From contig JAYEJL010000055.1 of NCBI GenBank assembly GCA_034660555.1, positions 1 through 15,685 of the forward strand: DNA of 15,685 nt, given 5' to 3'. The number at the start of each line of letters is the position of its first letter. Position 1 is the first letter of the stretch. Positions 7,354-15,685 of this stretch are shown here, piece by piece. Under the pieces are notes generated by a model. That model was given only the letters and a program-made list of their open reading frames with translations, was not told where the DNA came from and searched no databases. The position numbers and the translations under genes were made by a program. This stretch comes from Thermotogota bacterium. Lineage in GTDB: Bacteria; Thermotogota; Thermotogae; Petrotogales; Kosmotogaceae.

Positions 7354-7380
7354 AAAAAAGCCCGCCTTTAGGCGGGCTTT
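7354..7380. terminator. Bidirectional intrinsic terminator
   Basis: AAAAAAGCCCGCC-TTTA-GGCGGGCTTT between the small ORF and the convergent phosphatase gene. Confidence 0.88.
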
Positions 7381-7398
7381 ACTATTTATTTAGAAATA

Positions 7399-8457
7399 TC
7401 AGTAATAAAGTTTTTCCTGCAATTTCAAGATTTCATCAAAGGTTAAGCCAACTTTGTCTCTAAGATAATTGAAAGCTATGGTATTTACGTTATCGTTTGT
7501 AATTTCCTTACCGCCGCTGATATTTTCAAGAATACCCTCTATTATTCCTACCACTGCTTCATAGGCATCTGTTCCGGGTTTAACATGGTAATAGTTCACA
7601 TATGACTGAGCATAATCTTCATATATTTCCTCTACTGTTCCTCTCATAAGGGCACCAAGGATTGCAACTGTGATGCCAGCTCTGTCTTTACCCTCAACAC
7701 AGTGAATTAGATATGGCGGTTCATTGTTTATCAAGAAAAGTGAACCTTCTCTCAGATTATGAGCGAATTTATCGCTTGCAAGGTCAACTCCCATATTTAA
7801 ATTAATGACCTGTCCCTTTTCATTCAATGATTTATAGAAGTCGGATATTTCGCATGCCGTTTGAAGCTCTTCAACTGAATCTGATAGATTGATAACGGTG
7901 TTAATACCTGCTTCTTCACATAATTCATTTGCGTAGGGAGCTCTAGGATCATCGATAGCGGGATGAGAAGATCTATAAAGTGTACCGGGTTTAATATAGC
8001 CTATTGTGACTTCTCTGAAATTGGCAAAAACGGCATCGCTCTTATAATCATCCCTGTCATCTGTTCTGACAAGATGTCTCAGCTCGAGTTCCTTCTTATA
8101 AGCACCTTCCACAAGAATACTTATCTCAACTTCGTCGCCTACTTCGAGACCGTAGGTTTTGGAGAAATTACCGTAATTAATTGCCAGAAGAACATGATCA
8201 CCGGTGATTCTCACAAGAGGGTTACCGGTGTCCACATCACCATAAGTGGTAACAAAAGGTGCTTCAATAACTTCACCATCAAGTCTTACTTCTAGCATAT
8301 CTCCAAGTTCGAAACCTGCTTCTTCAACAGTAGTTTCGAGAATGTTGGTGTGAACATTTCCATATTTGTCTACCTCAGCAACTGTACCTGTCACCTGGGC
8401 AAGAACAACTGCTGCAAAAACAAGAACCAATCCTAGCAAACCAAGCTTTTTGAACAT
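7399..8457 (-). CDS. Secreted protein: SAM hydroxide adenosyltransferase C-terminal-like domain fused to a tyrosine/dual-specificity phosphatase (Y_phosphatase3-like)
   Basis: Signal peptide MFKKLGLLGLVLVFAAVVLA; VDKYGNVHTNI...TYGDV...LAINYGNF (DUF62 C-domain pattern); NFRE..LYRSS and P-loop HCVEGKDRAG. Start ATG 8457 with RBS GGAGGTG. Confidence 0.8.
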   Translation of the reverse strand: MFKKLGLLGLVLVFAAVVLAQVTGTVAEVDKYGNVHTNILETTVEEAGFELGDMLEVRLDGEVIEAPFVTTYGDVDTGNPLVRITGDHVLLAINYGNFSKTYGLEVGDEVEISILVEGAYKKELELRHLVRTDDRDDYKSDAVFANFREVTIGYIKPGTLYRSSHPAIDDPRAPYANELCEEAGINTVINLSDSVEELQTACEISDFYKSLNEKGQVINLNMGVDLASDKFAHNLREGSLFLINNEPPYLIHCVEGKDRAGITVAILGALMRGTVEEIYEDYAQSYVNYYHVKPGTDAYEAVVGIIEGILENISGGKEITNDNVNTIAFNYLRDKVGLTFDEILKLQEKLYY

Positions 8458-8662
8458 TCCTAACACCTCCAGCGTTAAGATTATAAGAAAATAACTTACA
8501 AAAATCAGACAAAATAATTATAGCACGCTGATACCTGGTGACAATTTGACGTATCTCTTAAATTTTTCACACTCATATTGATCGCATTATATTGTTAAAG
8601 GGAACTACAAGACTTCAAACTGAAATACGCATATTGTTATTTATAGTTGTTATAATTTAACC

Positions 8663-9432
8663 ATGAAAATATATCGTTGGATTAATTGCCCAGAAGAAGC
8701 ATCATTCATAAACAGTCCTAATCGCTTCACCGCGATTGTAAAGGGCAAAAGCTTCGAAAAACTGGTTTACCTTCCTGATCATGGAAGACTTGAAAGGCTG
8801 CTTATTCCAAATGTTAATGTCATCATGAGAAAAGAAGAGAAACAGGCAAAACACACCATGCTTTTCTTCTTGTAGAAACTGTGTCTTTCCCTGACAAAAG
8901 ACTATTGATGGTAAGTGTTGACTCAAGACTTCCAAATATCCTCTTTAGATGGCTTATAGAAGAGGAACTCATAAACCATTTTGATAAAATCAAGCAGATA
9001 AAATCCGAACCAAAGGTTGATAATGGTCGCCTTGAGTATTATATTGAAAGTACTACAGGAAAGCACTATATTGAACTTAAATCTGTGAATTTGATTGATG
9101 CTTCTGGAACAGCGAGATTTCCAGATGCACCAACAAAAAGATGAACTAAACATTTAAATGAATTAATGAATTTGAAAAATCAGGGATACAATTCCAGGAT
9201 ATTTTTTCTTGTTGTTAGAGGCGATGCGATTTCATTTAGTCCATTTTTCGAAAGAGATCCTTTGTTTTCAAAGACGGTGCAAAAAGCAAAGAAAGCGGGA
9301 ATAAATATCAAAGCATTGAAATTTGAAGTAGATAATGAAATTAGTTTTCTTAAAGAGATTCCTGTAAAGCTCAAACAAAATCCATTTGCAGGTTATTTAT
9401 TGGCCAGAATAGATTTTAACAAGTGTTTGTAA
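8663..9432 (+). pseudogene. sfsA: DNA/RNA nuclease SfsA, disrupted
   Basis: PNRF, LPDHGRL, IELKSV, FPDAPTKR*TKHLNEL and DPLFS. One frameshift near 8845-8880 and an in-frame TGA at 9142-9144 replacing the conserved Gly. Confidence 0.9.
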
Positions 9433-9446
9433 TAACAAAGACTTCA

Positions 9447-10928
9447 TTATAATATAGAACAGAATCTCAGTAGTTTTTCATGAATTTTGACCATGGCCAA
9501 TGTATCCAATTTGCAGTACTCAAGAAGGTTCTTTCTTATCCTTTCCATTTCCTGCTCTGAATAATCTCCACGTGCCATTTTTGCAAATATGTAGCAAGCA
9601 TCGTCACCATTTTTTATTTCCAAACCTTCATATGAGAAATCTGGTATGAGAGCAGGCAGAACATTTTTTATAGAAAAGCTTCCATGAAAACCTGGATGAT
9701 ATACATGCTCTTTTACAAGCAATTCCAGATCAACAAATTTGTCAATCATATTACTTAAAGCTGTTGTCAATTGATCATCGTATTCATTTCGTTTTATTAG
9801 GTTTTTTATGACATTTTTTTCAAAACTATCATGATATGCCATAAGCGTTTTGATTTCTCTGGTATCCTCCACAAGTGTTTCTGCAAGTTTTTTTGATTCA
9901 TCCATAGAAGGATCAAAAAACAGGTAATCCAGATGTTTAATGGGAGAATCAAGATTCTCCTTAATGTGTAAAGAATACTGAAAAGGAAGCTTTTCGTAAG
10001 GTGTTAAATCTCTGTAAAGTGGCAACGCAGTACTGACGGTTTCAAAATCGAGATATCCAATAGGATACCTCAGTTCATAAAGTTTTTCCCATAGTCCACG
10101 TTTATCATCAATAATTAGTTTATTTTCACTAATTGACCTAAAGATTCTTCTATGCAAATCTTTTACAAGCTTATCTTTATCTAGTTGTTCCAGTAAAAAG
10201 ATGCCTTTATTAATTAGTTCCTTAACATGACTGTGATACATGTTGTGAAGTACAAATATTGTTTTATCTCTATCTAGATCAAAGCAATCGTTAAAATAAT
10301 CACAGCTTCTACATTCGTATTTGAATTCGGGGTCAGGTTTTTCTAGTTTTCCCAGTATCTCAACGGCTCTTTCTTTTTCTGGTAAAAAATCATCTATAAG
10401 TTTGTGAACTTCATTAGAAACATCACATAGTTCAAACAGATTTTGATCTGACAAGCCTTTCCTATAGTTTTCAGATACTAGTATTAAAGTAGCACCATTC
10501 ACTTTATATCCAGCATCTTTTATAACCATCACTGTATAAGCGATATCCTTGATTAGATCCTTTATTTGTTTGGTGTTGATTTTACTGGATTTGACTTCGT
10601 ATACCTTCAAACCGTCAGGTGTTTCCTCAATAATGTCTGCTCTGGCCACAAAATTTCCGTTAACAAATGCTGCTTCATAAATGGTATTGAAGGACTGAGC
10701 CCTGAACATGCATTTGGTAATGTCCTCTGCAATAAAAGGATTTTTTTCTTCCAGTAAAATTCCTTCTGGGAAAAGCTGGCGTGCTCTTTTCTCGATTTCA
10801 ATACCTTCTTCTTTTCTGTATTTATCAGCAAGAGAATCATCTTTTTTTGGTGGATTGTGAGCCTCTATCCATCCTTTTACAGGGCACTTCAAAAATTCCA
10901 GGAAGGCATTTTTACTTATTAAAGGCAT
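9447..10928 (-). CDS. DUF2779-type protein: Cas4/RecB-like PD-(D/E)xK domain plus RNase H-like exonuclease domain
   Basis: ISK..F...CP, ARADII, YEVKSS, CRSCDYFNDC (1+3 Cys pattern), then YLDFET, PFQYSLH, SFEK, SFSIKNVLP and YCKLDT. Confidence 0.85.
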   Translation of the reverse strand: MPLISKNAFLEFLKCPVKGWIEAHNPPKKDDSLADKYRKEEGIEIEKRARQLFPEGILLEEKNPFIAEDITKCMFRAQSFNTIYEAAFVNGNFVARADIIEETPDGLKVYEVKSSKINTKQIKDLIKDIAYTVMVIKDAGYKVNGATLILVSENYRKGLSDQNLFELCDVSNEVHKLIDDFLPEKERAVEILGKLEKPDPEFKYECRSCDYFNDCFDLDRDKTIFVLHNMYHSHVKELINKGIFLLEQLDKDKLVKDLHRRIFRSISENKLIIDDKRGLWEKLYELRYPIGYLDFETVSTALPLYRDLTPYEKLPFQYSLHIKENLDSPIKHLDYLFFDPSMDESKKLAETLVEDTREIKTLMAYHDSFEKNVIKNLIKRNEYDDQLTTALSNMIDKFVDLELLVKEHVYHPGFHGSFSIKNVLPALIPDFSYEGLEIKNGDDACYIFAKMARGDYSEQEMERIRKNLLEYCKLDTLAMVKIHEKLLRFCSIL

Positions 10929-11212
10929 AATAACCTCCGGATCACTAAAAATCCAAATTTATAAGTTATACATATCTCAACTCCATTGTAATACTTAACG
11001 AAGAATTTACTAAACAAGGTGAAGACACAATTCATTTTTTACATAATGAAAGGAAGAGTTTTTTCGTTTTTGAACAGGGGCGAAAAATGCTTCTTATTGT
11101 ATAAATTATTCTGCTACTGAGATTTATTTGATAAGTTTCTATGCTTTATACTTTAAATATAAATTGAAATTAATATTGATTATACATTCTTAATGAAACG
11201 GAGGAAATATTC

Positions 11213-13702
11213 ATGTTTGGAAATAGCAGGCCCAGAACAAAGGCTGTTAAAGATAAATCAGAAACAGAAAGAGAAAAGATCCATAAAAAACTTGTGTGTC
11301 GTTCTGCCTCTGAAAGAATTGTGCTTCTTGAAAATGATGGAGTATTACCAATAAAACCTGGAAAATTGCTCATTATGGCGCTGGCGCAAAAAAGACAATT
11401 AAGAGTGGAACAGGATCTGGTGGAGTAAATGAGAGGCATAGCGTAAGTATTCTAGAGGGTCTGGAAAAAGCAGGTTTTACCATTACAACAATGAAATGGA
11501 TTAACAACTATTATGAACGCCTCTATACTAAAAGATTGAATGAGTACAGAGAAGAAATGTCAAAGAAAATGAGTGTGTTCAACCCTAATAAAGCCGCCGA
11601 AGCAATGGAAATACAATTTAGTTATCCCTATGAACGAAAAATAACAAATGATGATATAAAACTCAGTGAAACAGATACATGCATTTATGTATTTGCAAGG
11701 CAATCCAGCGAGGGTTATGACCGCAAGTTAGGCAATAATGACTATGATTTATTTGTCGGAAATCGAAATAGAAAATATTAGAAAGTGTGCTGAATCCTAC
11801 AAAATAACGATTATTGTGGTTAATGTAGGTTCAACCTTCGATCTAAGTTTTATGGATGATATTTCGGGCATAATAGCACTTGTTTATTTTTGTCAGCAGG
11901 GTATGGAAGGCGGCACAGCATTTGCTGATATTATTTCAGGTAGAGTATCTCCGTCTGGGAAACTTGCTGATACGTGGCCAAAAAAGTATGATGATATCCC
12001 CTTTGCTCGCGAATACAGTTATCTAAAAGATAATTTAGAGAATGAATATTATAGGGAAGGAATATATGTAGGATACAGATATTTCGATACTTTTAATATA
12101 GAATCTAAGTAAGAATTTGGATATGGGCTTAGTTATACAAATTTCGGTATTTCATTCATTGATGTTAAAGTTAATGGAATAAATGCAATAATAAAAGTCA
12201 AGGTCACAAATACAGAAACGATTTTTCCGGAAAAGAAGTCGTTCAACTATATGCTAGTTGCCCACAGAACAAACTGAAGAAAGAATATCAGAGACTTGCA
12301 GTCTTCACAAAAACAAGAGAATTAAAGCCAGTAGAATCCCAAGAAATAGAAATGATGATCGATATAACATCTTTGAAGAGCTATGATGAAGAAAATTGCA
12401 GTTTTATCCTTGAAAAGGGAGATTATATAGTTCGACTTGGAAATTCTTCTAGAAACACAGAACCATGTGTTGTTCTAACCTTGATAAGAATGTGGTTTTA
12501 TCAAGACATGAAAATGTATGTGAGCCACAAGCAAAAATTGATGAGATTCAACCTCCAATAGTCAATTATAAGGAAGATTTATCAAACTTAAAAAAGATTA
12601 TAATTGATTCCTTAAGTTTTGAAACAGTTAATTATGAATATAAAAAACCTGCTACGTATCATGATGAAAAAGTGGATAGATTGATGCACAGACTTAGTTT
12701 AAAAGATATGATTGAGCTTGTAGTGGGTGCGGGTATCAAATCGAGTTTATTCAATAAGAATTACTTCAATGTACCTGGTGCATCTGGGAATACGACATCT
12801 AAGCTGGTAAAAAAAGAATCATAAATGTAACCCTTGCTAATGGGTCTGCTGGTTTGCGGTTGCAGAAAACATCTACGGTTGGCAGAAGAGGAAAAATAAA
12901 GATGGTTGATGCTCAGCTTGAACTACTTAACTACCTGCCAAAAATGACAAAAAAACTAATTTTTGGAAACCCTGATAAAGATGTTTTACTTTACCAATTT
13001 ACTACAGCCTTTCCTGTTGAACTTGCGATGGCACAGACCTGGAACACAGAACTGCTTGAAGAAGTGGTAAGAGCTATAAGTACCGAAATGGATGAATATG
13101 GCATTACTTGCTGGTTGGCTCCTGCTGTTAATATACATAGAAACCCTTTATGTGGGCGGAATTTTGAATATTACAGCGAAGATCCTTTTCTTTCAGGGAA
13201 GCTAGCAGCAGCTATTACCAACGGTGTACAAAGCATTGAAGGTAATTATGTGACAGTAAAACACTTTTGTGCAAACAATCAGGAAGATAACCGTATGAGA
13301 GTCTCCAGCAACATTAATGTACGAGCGCTTCGAGAAATCTATTTAAAAGCTTTTGAAATTGTTGTATGCGAAGCTAATCCAAAAGCAGTGATGACAAGTT
13401 ACAATTGGTTGAATGAAATATATACAGCAAACAGTTATGATTTATGCACAAAAGTACTGCGCAACGAGTGGGACTTTGATGGTGTTGTGATGACTGACTG
13501 GTATTCTACAGCAGAAGGTCTTGCAGATAGCGCTTCTTGTATGAAAGCAGGTAACGATTTGATTATGCCAGGAGGGAAGTATTACAAAAAGGAAATTCTT
13601 GCTGGTTTTAAAAGTGGAAAAATAGCTGAGGAAGATATTATCCGTTGCGCTGCCAATGTTCTCAGGAGTATAGTTTACAGCAAGCTCGCGCGGGAATATT
13701 AA
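11213..13702 (+). pseudogene. GH3 beta-glucosidase with inverted domain order (C-domain, Fn3, TIM barrel), fragmented
   Basis: IVLLENDGVLP, GTGSG, SEGYDR, SPSGKLADTW, YREGIYVGYRYF, FGYGLSYT, GKEVVQLY, GRNFEYYSEDP, KHF and MTDW are spread over several frames, with at least 5 frameshifts and a TAA at 12110-12112. Confidence 0.92.
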
Positions 13703-13739
13703 GCAGGAAATGAATAAGCAAATTTTAAGGTGATGAAAT

Positions 13740-14117
13740 ATGGATTTTTGTTGGATAACGGTTCTTATTAATGAACTGGAGGAATCATTGGAGTTCTACA
13801 CCAGACTTCTTGGAATGAAAATATTTGAAAGATTCAGATCAGGTGATGATGTAGAAATAGCAATGCTTGGTGAAGAAGACTCAACAAAGATTGAATTAAT
13901 AGATGATAATAATTATGATGTTAAGCTTAAAAGTAAAGGTATTTCAATAGGTTTTGAGGTTGATTCTATGAACGCTGCAATGAAGTATGTAAAGAACAGT
14001 GGAATAGAGATAAAAAGTGGGCCAATTTCACCTAATCATTCAATCAGCTTTTTCTTTATAGAAGATCCCAATGATATTGAAATACAATGGTTGAAAACAA
14101 AGAAATATAGTATCTAA
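13740..14117 (+). CDS. VOC family (glyoxalase-like) protein
   Basis: LEESLEFYTRLLGM, KIELI, IGFEVD and FFIEDPN. The C-terminus may be frameshifted. Confidence 0.85.
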   Translation: MDFCWITVLINELEESLEFYTRLLGMKIFERFRSGDDVEIAMLGEEDSTKIELIDDNNYDVKLKSKGISIGFEVDSMNAAMKYVKNSGIEIKSGPISPNHSISFFFIEDPNDIEIQWLKTKKYSI

Positions 14118-14281
14118 TTATTACTGTAATTTTTAAAACTGCCCAATTTGTCTCAAAGAAAAATGTAAAGAGGTGGGAGCCTTAAACAACAAAATTAGAT
14201 AAAAATCATCATCGAATTCAGCTCCGCCCTTTGTTTATAAAAATAACAATAGCAAACTATGGTCCAAATTAATGCTCTTTA

Positions 14282-15439
14282 TTAATTGTTTTTATTCATG
14301 TAGTAATTCATAAGTATCTTGGCTACTTCCGGTCTTGTGAATTCTTTGGGTGGCATTTTTCCTTCAGATAACATTTTTCTTACTTTAGTGCCACTGAGAA
14401 AGACATGGTTTTCTTTTCCATGGGGGCAGGTCTTACTGCTGGCCATATTCTCACATTTTGTGCAATAAAAAGCATGTTCAAATTTTAATGGAGTTATTCC
14501 AATTTCTTCCGGTTCAAATTGTTCAAATATTTCCTGGGCTTCGTATGTACCATAGTAATCACCTACGCCCGCGTGGTCTCTACCTACAATGAAATGGGTA
14601 CAGCCGAAGTTCTTTCTGCAGATAGCATGGAATATTGCCTCTTTTGGGCCTGCGTATCTCATATTAACAGGGAATACTCCAAGAGCCACTCTTTCCTTCA
14701 CATAATACTTGTCGATTATTGTTTCGTATGTCTTTAGCCTTACATCGGAAGGTATATCACCAGCTTTTGTTTTTCCAACGAGAGGATTAATAAAGAGTCC
14801 ATCAACTATTTCTAAAGCTGTTTTTTGTAGATATTCGTGAGCCCTGTGTATCGGGTTTCTGGTCTGGAAAGCTACCACAGTGTTCCAACCTCTATCTTCA
14901 AACATTTTCCTTGTTTCTACAGGATCAAAACGGTAATCAACAAAATCATCGTGTTTAATCCTGTTTAAAAGTGTTATTTTTCCACCAAGAGCAATATCGC
15001 CAAGACTGTAAAGAAACTTTACTCCCGGATGTTCTTCGCTGTCAGTTTTGTATACACTTTTTGCTTCTTCTTTTTTCTCTCTTCTGTATTTATCTTCCAG
15101 ATGTAAAATTGCATATTCTGTACCATCTTCAGCTGTTATTAAAACATCATTGTTAAGATTAAGTTGATCTGCTGTCTCTTTATTTACAGATAGTACTATT
15201 GGTATAGTCCAAACTACTCCACTAGATAATCGCATGTTTTCCAGTACAGAATTATAATCTTTTACTGTCATAAAGCCTTCCAGAGGACTAAAAAGTCCCG
15301 ATGCGATATTCTCCATTTCTGAAAGATCCCAGTATGATACCTTTATCTTCTTCAATTCTTCCTTTTTCGATAACCATTTTTGTTTCTCCTCTTTAGTTGC
15401 TATTCTGTTTACAAGTTTTCCACCATGTGGTTGTATCAT
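14282..15439 (-). CDS. sat: Sulfate adenylyltransferase (ATP sulfurylase)
   Basis: [46 protein letters not shown] and a Zn site CTKC..C.H. Start ATG 15439 with RBS AGGAG. Confidence 0.96.
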   Translation of the reverse strand: MIQPHGGKLVNRIATKEEKQKWLSKKEELKKIKVSYWDLSEMENIASGLFSPLEGFMTVKDYNSVLENMRLSSGVVWTIPIVLSVNKETADQLNLNNDVLITAEDGTEYAILHLEDKYRREKKEEAKSVYKTDSEEHPGVKFLYSLGDIALGGKITLLNRIKHDDFVDYRFDPVETRKMFEDRGWNTVVAFQTRNPIHRAHEYLQKTALEIVDGLFINPLVGKTKAGDIPSDVRLKTYETIIDKYYVKERVALGVFPVNMRYAGPKEAIFHAICRKNFGCTHFIVGRDHAGVGDYYGTYEAQEIFEQFEPEEIGITPLKFEHAFYCTKCENMASSKTCPHGKENHVFLSGTKVRKMLSEGKMPPKEFTRPEVAKILMNYYMNKNN

Positions 15440-15463
15440 GAATTTCACTCCTTTTTTAATGAC

Positions 15464-15491
15464 GAGAAAAGAGACTAGAGATCCGAGATTC
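15464..15491. repeat. Degenerate heptamer tandem array (4x)
   Basis: GAGAAAA GAGACTA GAGATCC GAGATTC. Confidence 0.6.
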
Positions 15492-15513
15492 AACAAAAAG
15501 ATTAATAAAACAA

Positions 15514-15543
15514 GTTGTACGTGGTACGTGGTACGTTGTACGT
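15514..15543. repeat. Heptamer tandem array (4x GTKGTAC)
   Basis: GTTGTAC GTGGTAC GTGGTAC GTTGTAC GT. Confidence 0.9.
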
Positions 15544-15558
15544 AAATTCAAAAAACAC

Positions 15559-15584
15559 CGTTCTGACCCCCTAAAATTGGACAC
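15559..15584. mobile_element. Right inverted repeat of an IS3-family element
   Basis: CGTTCTGACCCCCTAAAATTGGACAC, an IS3-like IR (TGxxCTGACCCC...GGACA) 13 nt past the transposase stop. Confidence 0.72.
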
Positions 15585-15597
15585 GGAACAATAACAA

Positions 15598-15685
15598 TCA
15601 CCTTTTTACTATGATTATCTTTGAATTATTACCCTTTTCCTTGTAAGCCATGGGGGTTTCATAATTCAAAGATGCATGTGGCCTC
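15598..15685 (-). CDS. IS3-family transposase (integrase core), C-terminal end, partial
   Basis: Minus strand reads RPHASLNYETPMAYKEKGNNSKIIIVKR*, matching the IS3 RPHxSLxYxTP motif. Confidence 0.85.
   Translation of the reverse strand, partial: RPHASLNYETPMAYKEKGNNSKIIIVKR

Noticed and set aside
1127..9144. Stop-codon recoding or an alternative genetic code (TAA in purE, TGA in sfsA)
   Set aside because: The stops differ, the genes have other lesions, and intact genes terminate normally with TAA, TAG and TGA.
14118..14281. Imperfect inverted repeat (14168-14180 / 14221-14232) and a Cys-rich peptide trace (NCPICLKEKC)
   Set aside because: The pairing needs bulges and a 40-nt loop, and the peptide has stops and no start. 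Too weak to call.
1886..15439. Lipoate-dependent sulfur oxidation (sHdr-LbpA) system from lipA/lipM plus sat
   Set aside because: No sHdr, LbpA or LipS genes; the genes are over 10 kb apart in unrelated blocks, and LipA is canonical.
15514..15543. CRISPR array linked to the Cas4-like gene
   Set aside because: 7-bp tandem units without spacers, and no cas1/cas2 in the window.
1..15685. Composite transposon spanning the window
   Set aside because: The two flanking IS ends belong to different families (ISL3 and IS3).

Overview
AT-rich, anaerobe-like bacterial accessory region, bounded by the 3' end of an ISL3-family IS (left) and the 3' end of an IS3-family IS (right). Left to right: a gene fragment cut by ISL3; a 244-bp protein-less IS200/IS605 derivative (429-672, minus strand) that keeps both transposon ends and a complete-looking TnpB omegaRNA scaffold; a collapsed purine operon (purB 5' stub, purE with an internal stop, purD 3' stub) under a degenerate tandem guanine + ykkC/PRPP riboswitch; intact lipA, lipM and spoIIM; a membrane protein; a class II tRNA nucleotidyltransferase lacking the flexible loop (likely CC-adding); bcp; a 50-aa ORF absent from the ORF track; a secreted SAM-HAT-C/tyrosine-phosphatase fusion; an sfsA pseudogene; a Cas4-like/DUF2779 nuclease; a fragmented GH3 beta-glucosidase; a VOC protein; and sat, preceded by two heptamer arrays. 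I found no clearly new multi-gene system. The best candidates for novelty are the orphan omegaRNA mini-element, the loop-less nucleotidyltransferase and the secreted domain fusion. All family calls come from motif recognition by eye, not database searches.
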